Below, piece by piece: positions 62,383-64,000 of a DNA stretch of 64,000 nt (positions within the stretch are counted from its first letter, which is position 1; every line of letters starts with the position of its first letter). The notes under the pieces were generated by a model. That model did no database searches, was not told where the DNA came from, and was given only the letters and a program-made list of their open reading frames with translations. The DNA is from Candidatus Curtissbacteria bacterium (GTDB lineage Bacteria > Patescibacteriota > Microgenomatia > Curtissbacterales > GWA2-41-24). The position numbers were made by a program, and so were the translations under genes. The DNA is taken from assembly GCA_030647775.1 (NCBI GenBank), contig JAUSJC010000007.1:50038-114037 (forward strand). The letters run 5' to 3'.

Positions 62383-63567
62383 TCAGACAAATGTTAACGC
62401 GGTACCTTTCTTCTGCATCCGGCCGGTCCTGCCAATCCTGTGGATGTAATCATCATAGGAAGCGGGCATATCGTAGTTTATCACATGGCTTACGTCTTCG
62501 ATATCGAGCCCGCGTGAGGCAACGTCGGTAGCCAGAAGTATATGAATTTGATTGGTACGGAATTGATCAAGTGTTTTTTGCCGTTGGCTTTGGCTTTTGT
62601 TGCCGTGAATTGCCCCCGCCTTAAAACCGCGCCCGGCAAGTTCATCGGAAAGCCTTTGGACTCCCCATTTAGTCCGGCCAAAAATTAATACCTTATTAAA
62701 GCCTTCCTGGATTAATAAGTCGTGGAGTTTGTCTACTTTTTGTTTGCTGTTTTCAACCTTAATAATTTCCTGGCTGATATTTTCAACCGTATCCCTAACT
62801 TTAACCGAAATGGTTACGGGGTCGGTGACAAATGTTTGGATAATTTCTTTGACCTTTGAAGAAACGGTTGCCGAAAAGAAAAGCGACTGACGCCTCCCGG
62901 GAAGAAGCGAAATTAAGTACTTGATGTCTTTGATAAAGCCGATATCGACCATGCGGTCCGTTTCGTCCAGTACCACACTAGCAAAGCCGCCAAGGTGCAG
63001 GCAGTTCTGGCGGACAAGGTCGATTATTCTTCCCGGTGTACCAATGACAAAATTAGGCCGATAGGCAATTTCCGTTCTCTGCCTTCTCATACTGGTCCCG
63101 CCAATACAAAGGGCCGATTTTATACCAAACCCCCTGGCGAATAGGACCAGTTCGTCCTGAATTTGTAAAGCCAGTTCGCGGGTTGGAGTGATAATCAGAA
63201 CATTTTGAGTCCTGTCCTTTATAACTTTATCGATAAGCGGAATTAAAAACGCGGCGGTTTTACCCGTGCCGGTGTTGGCAATGCCGATAACGTCCTTGCC
63301 TTCCAGAATTGCCTCAATAGCCTGATCCTGGATCGGGGTTGTTTCAGTGTAATTTTTGGCGGCAATATTTCTTTTAATGCCCTCATCGATAGCGAAATCC
63401 GCAAATTTATGTTTGGGGACATAGGCCTCGCGGATGGGCACATCGCTGGGCATATTTTTGCTTTGGCCGGCCGTAATTGCCCATAAAAGGCCCTGGTCGG
63501 TTCTGGCACTCGGCCTTGGAGAAAATCTTCTCCTGAAACCTCCTCTTGGTCTAAATCTTTGCGGCAT
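62383..63567 (-). CDS. DEAD-box ATP-dependent RNA helicase with Arg-rich N-terminal extension
   Basis: Q-motif, 'ANTGTGKTAAF' (motif I), 'DETD' (motif II variant), 'SAT', 'HRIGRTGR'. Confidence 0.85.
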   Translation of the reverse strand: MPQRFRPRGGFRRRFSPRPSARTDQGLLWAITAGQSKNMPSDVPIREAYVPKHKFADFAIDEGIKRNIAAKNYTETTPIQDQAIEAILEGKDVIGIANTGTGKTAAFLIPLIDKVIKDRTQNVLIITPTRELALQIQDELVLFARGFGIKSALCIGGTSMRRQRTEIAYRPNFVIGTPGRIIDLVRQNCLHLGGFASVVLDETDRMVDIGFIKDIKYLISLLPGRRQSLFFSATVSSKVKEIIQTFVTDPVTISVKVRDTVENISQEIIKVENSKQKVDKLHDLLIQEGFNKVLIFGRTKWGVQRLSDELAGRGFKAGAIHGNKSQSQRQKTLDQFRTNQIHILLATDVASRGLDIEDVSHVINYDMPASYDDYIHRIGRTGRMQKKGTALTFV

Positions 63568-63859
63568 GTTATTTTTGTTTGTTTTTAGAAAAAAGTTGAA
63601 GAAGTAAACCTACTTTAGGCCCGCAGACCACGTAGTGGACGAGGACCGCAAGCTCTGCTTAATTAAGAGTTGTATTTGTGAATAGGGAGAAAGATACTTT
63701 AGTAAAAATAAAACAATAGACTATCTTTATCTTGTCTAATCAAAAATTATTCGAAGTTAAGCAGAGTTACTGCTTCAATCTGCAAATCTAAAATACAGTA
63801 TAGCAGAAAACGCGAATTAATTCAACTATAAGCCCACTTCGTGAGCTTGCGTCCTTGGG

Positions 63860-63960
63860 GACTAAGGTTCAGTGACCCAAGGGTCTTGGAAATGCTATAA
63901 CCCTGAGTAGTTCGACTTCGCTCACCATTATAATCTATCGAAGGGGAACCAAGTCTTCTC
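63860..63960. repeat. repeat family A copy 3 (inverted orientation)
   Basis: Its reverse complement, 'ATTATAATGGTGAGCGAAGTCGAACTACTCAGGGTTATAGC', matches 4061..4101. Confidence 0.55.
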
Positions 63961-64000
63961 GGAACTTGGGTTATTATACTCGAGCCTGTCTGTTGAGAGC

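Overview
This 64-kb window looks like chromosome from a small-genome, low-GC bacterium. Gene content (sortase, many stand-alone GIY-YIG genes, promoters sitting very close to start codons) suggests a CPR/Patescibacteria-like organism; that placement is inference only.

Housekeeping genes are clear. They include riboflavin synthesis (ribH, riboflavin kinase, ribE), lower glycolysis (gpmI, eno, ppsA), nucleotide-excision and SOS repair (uvrA, uvrB, a short uvrC, lexA, dinB, xseA/xseB), secG, a two-component pair, an NRAMP and an MFS transporter, a DEAD-box helicase, and about ten tRNA genes.

The accessory load is heavy, and the main accessory regions are:
- A roughly 7.3-kb island (about 22.7 to 30.1 kb) bounded by tRNA-Arg(TCT)-derived sequences, including a tRNA-like gene with a roughly 35-nt hairpin inserted in its T-loop. 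It carries a DUF4258/DUF2283 toxin-antitoxin pair flanked by 87-bp direct repeats, a 732-aa unknown protein convergent with two DNA methyltransferases (one DPPY, one SPPY; a candidate type IIS-like restriction-modification or other defense system), an ImmA/IrrE-XRE pair and a DUF1508 gene.
- A cluster of toxin-antitoxin cassettes (RhuM-like, PIN/VapBC, zeta toxin) separated by a conserved roughly 140-160-nt repeat.
- An IS200/RAYT-like element with internal 17-bp palindromes and 21-bp flanking direct repeats, inserted into the 3' end of uvrB.
- uvrA bracketed by two copies of a roughly 95-nt double-hairpin repeat.
- A DUF3494 ice-binding-like surface protein gene interrupted by one in-frame TAA, followed by a sortase and a convergent, overlapping matrixin-like protease gene. 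The 3' junction of that pair is duplicated as a fragment 3.5 kb upstream.
- A cassette (GIY-YIG, 2H phosphoesterase, HExxH protease) bracketed by two paralogous coiled-coil genes.

All calls rest on motif recognition by eye. No database search was run.
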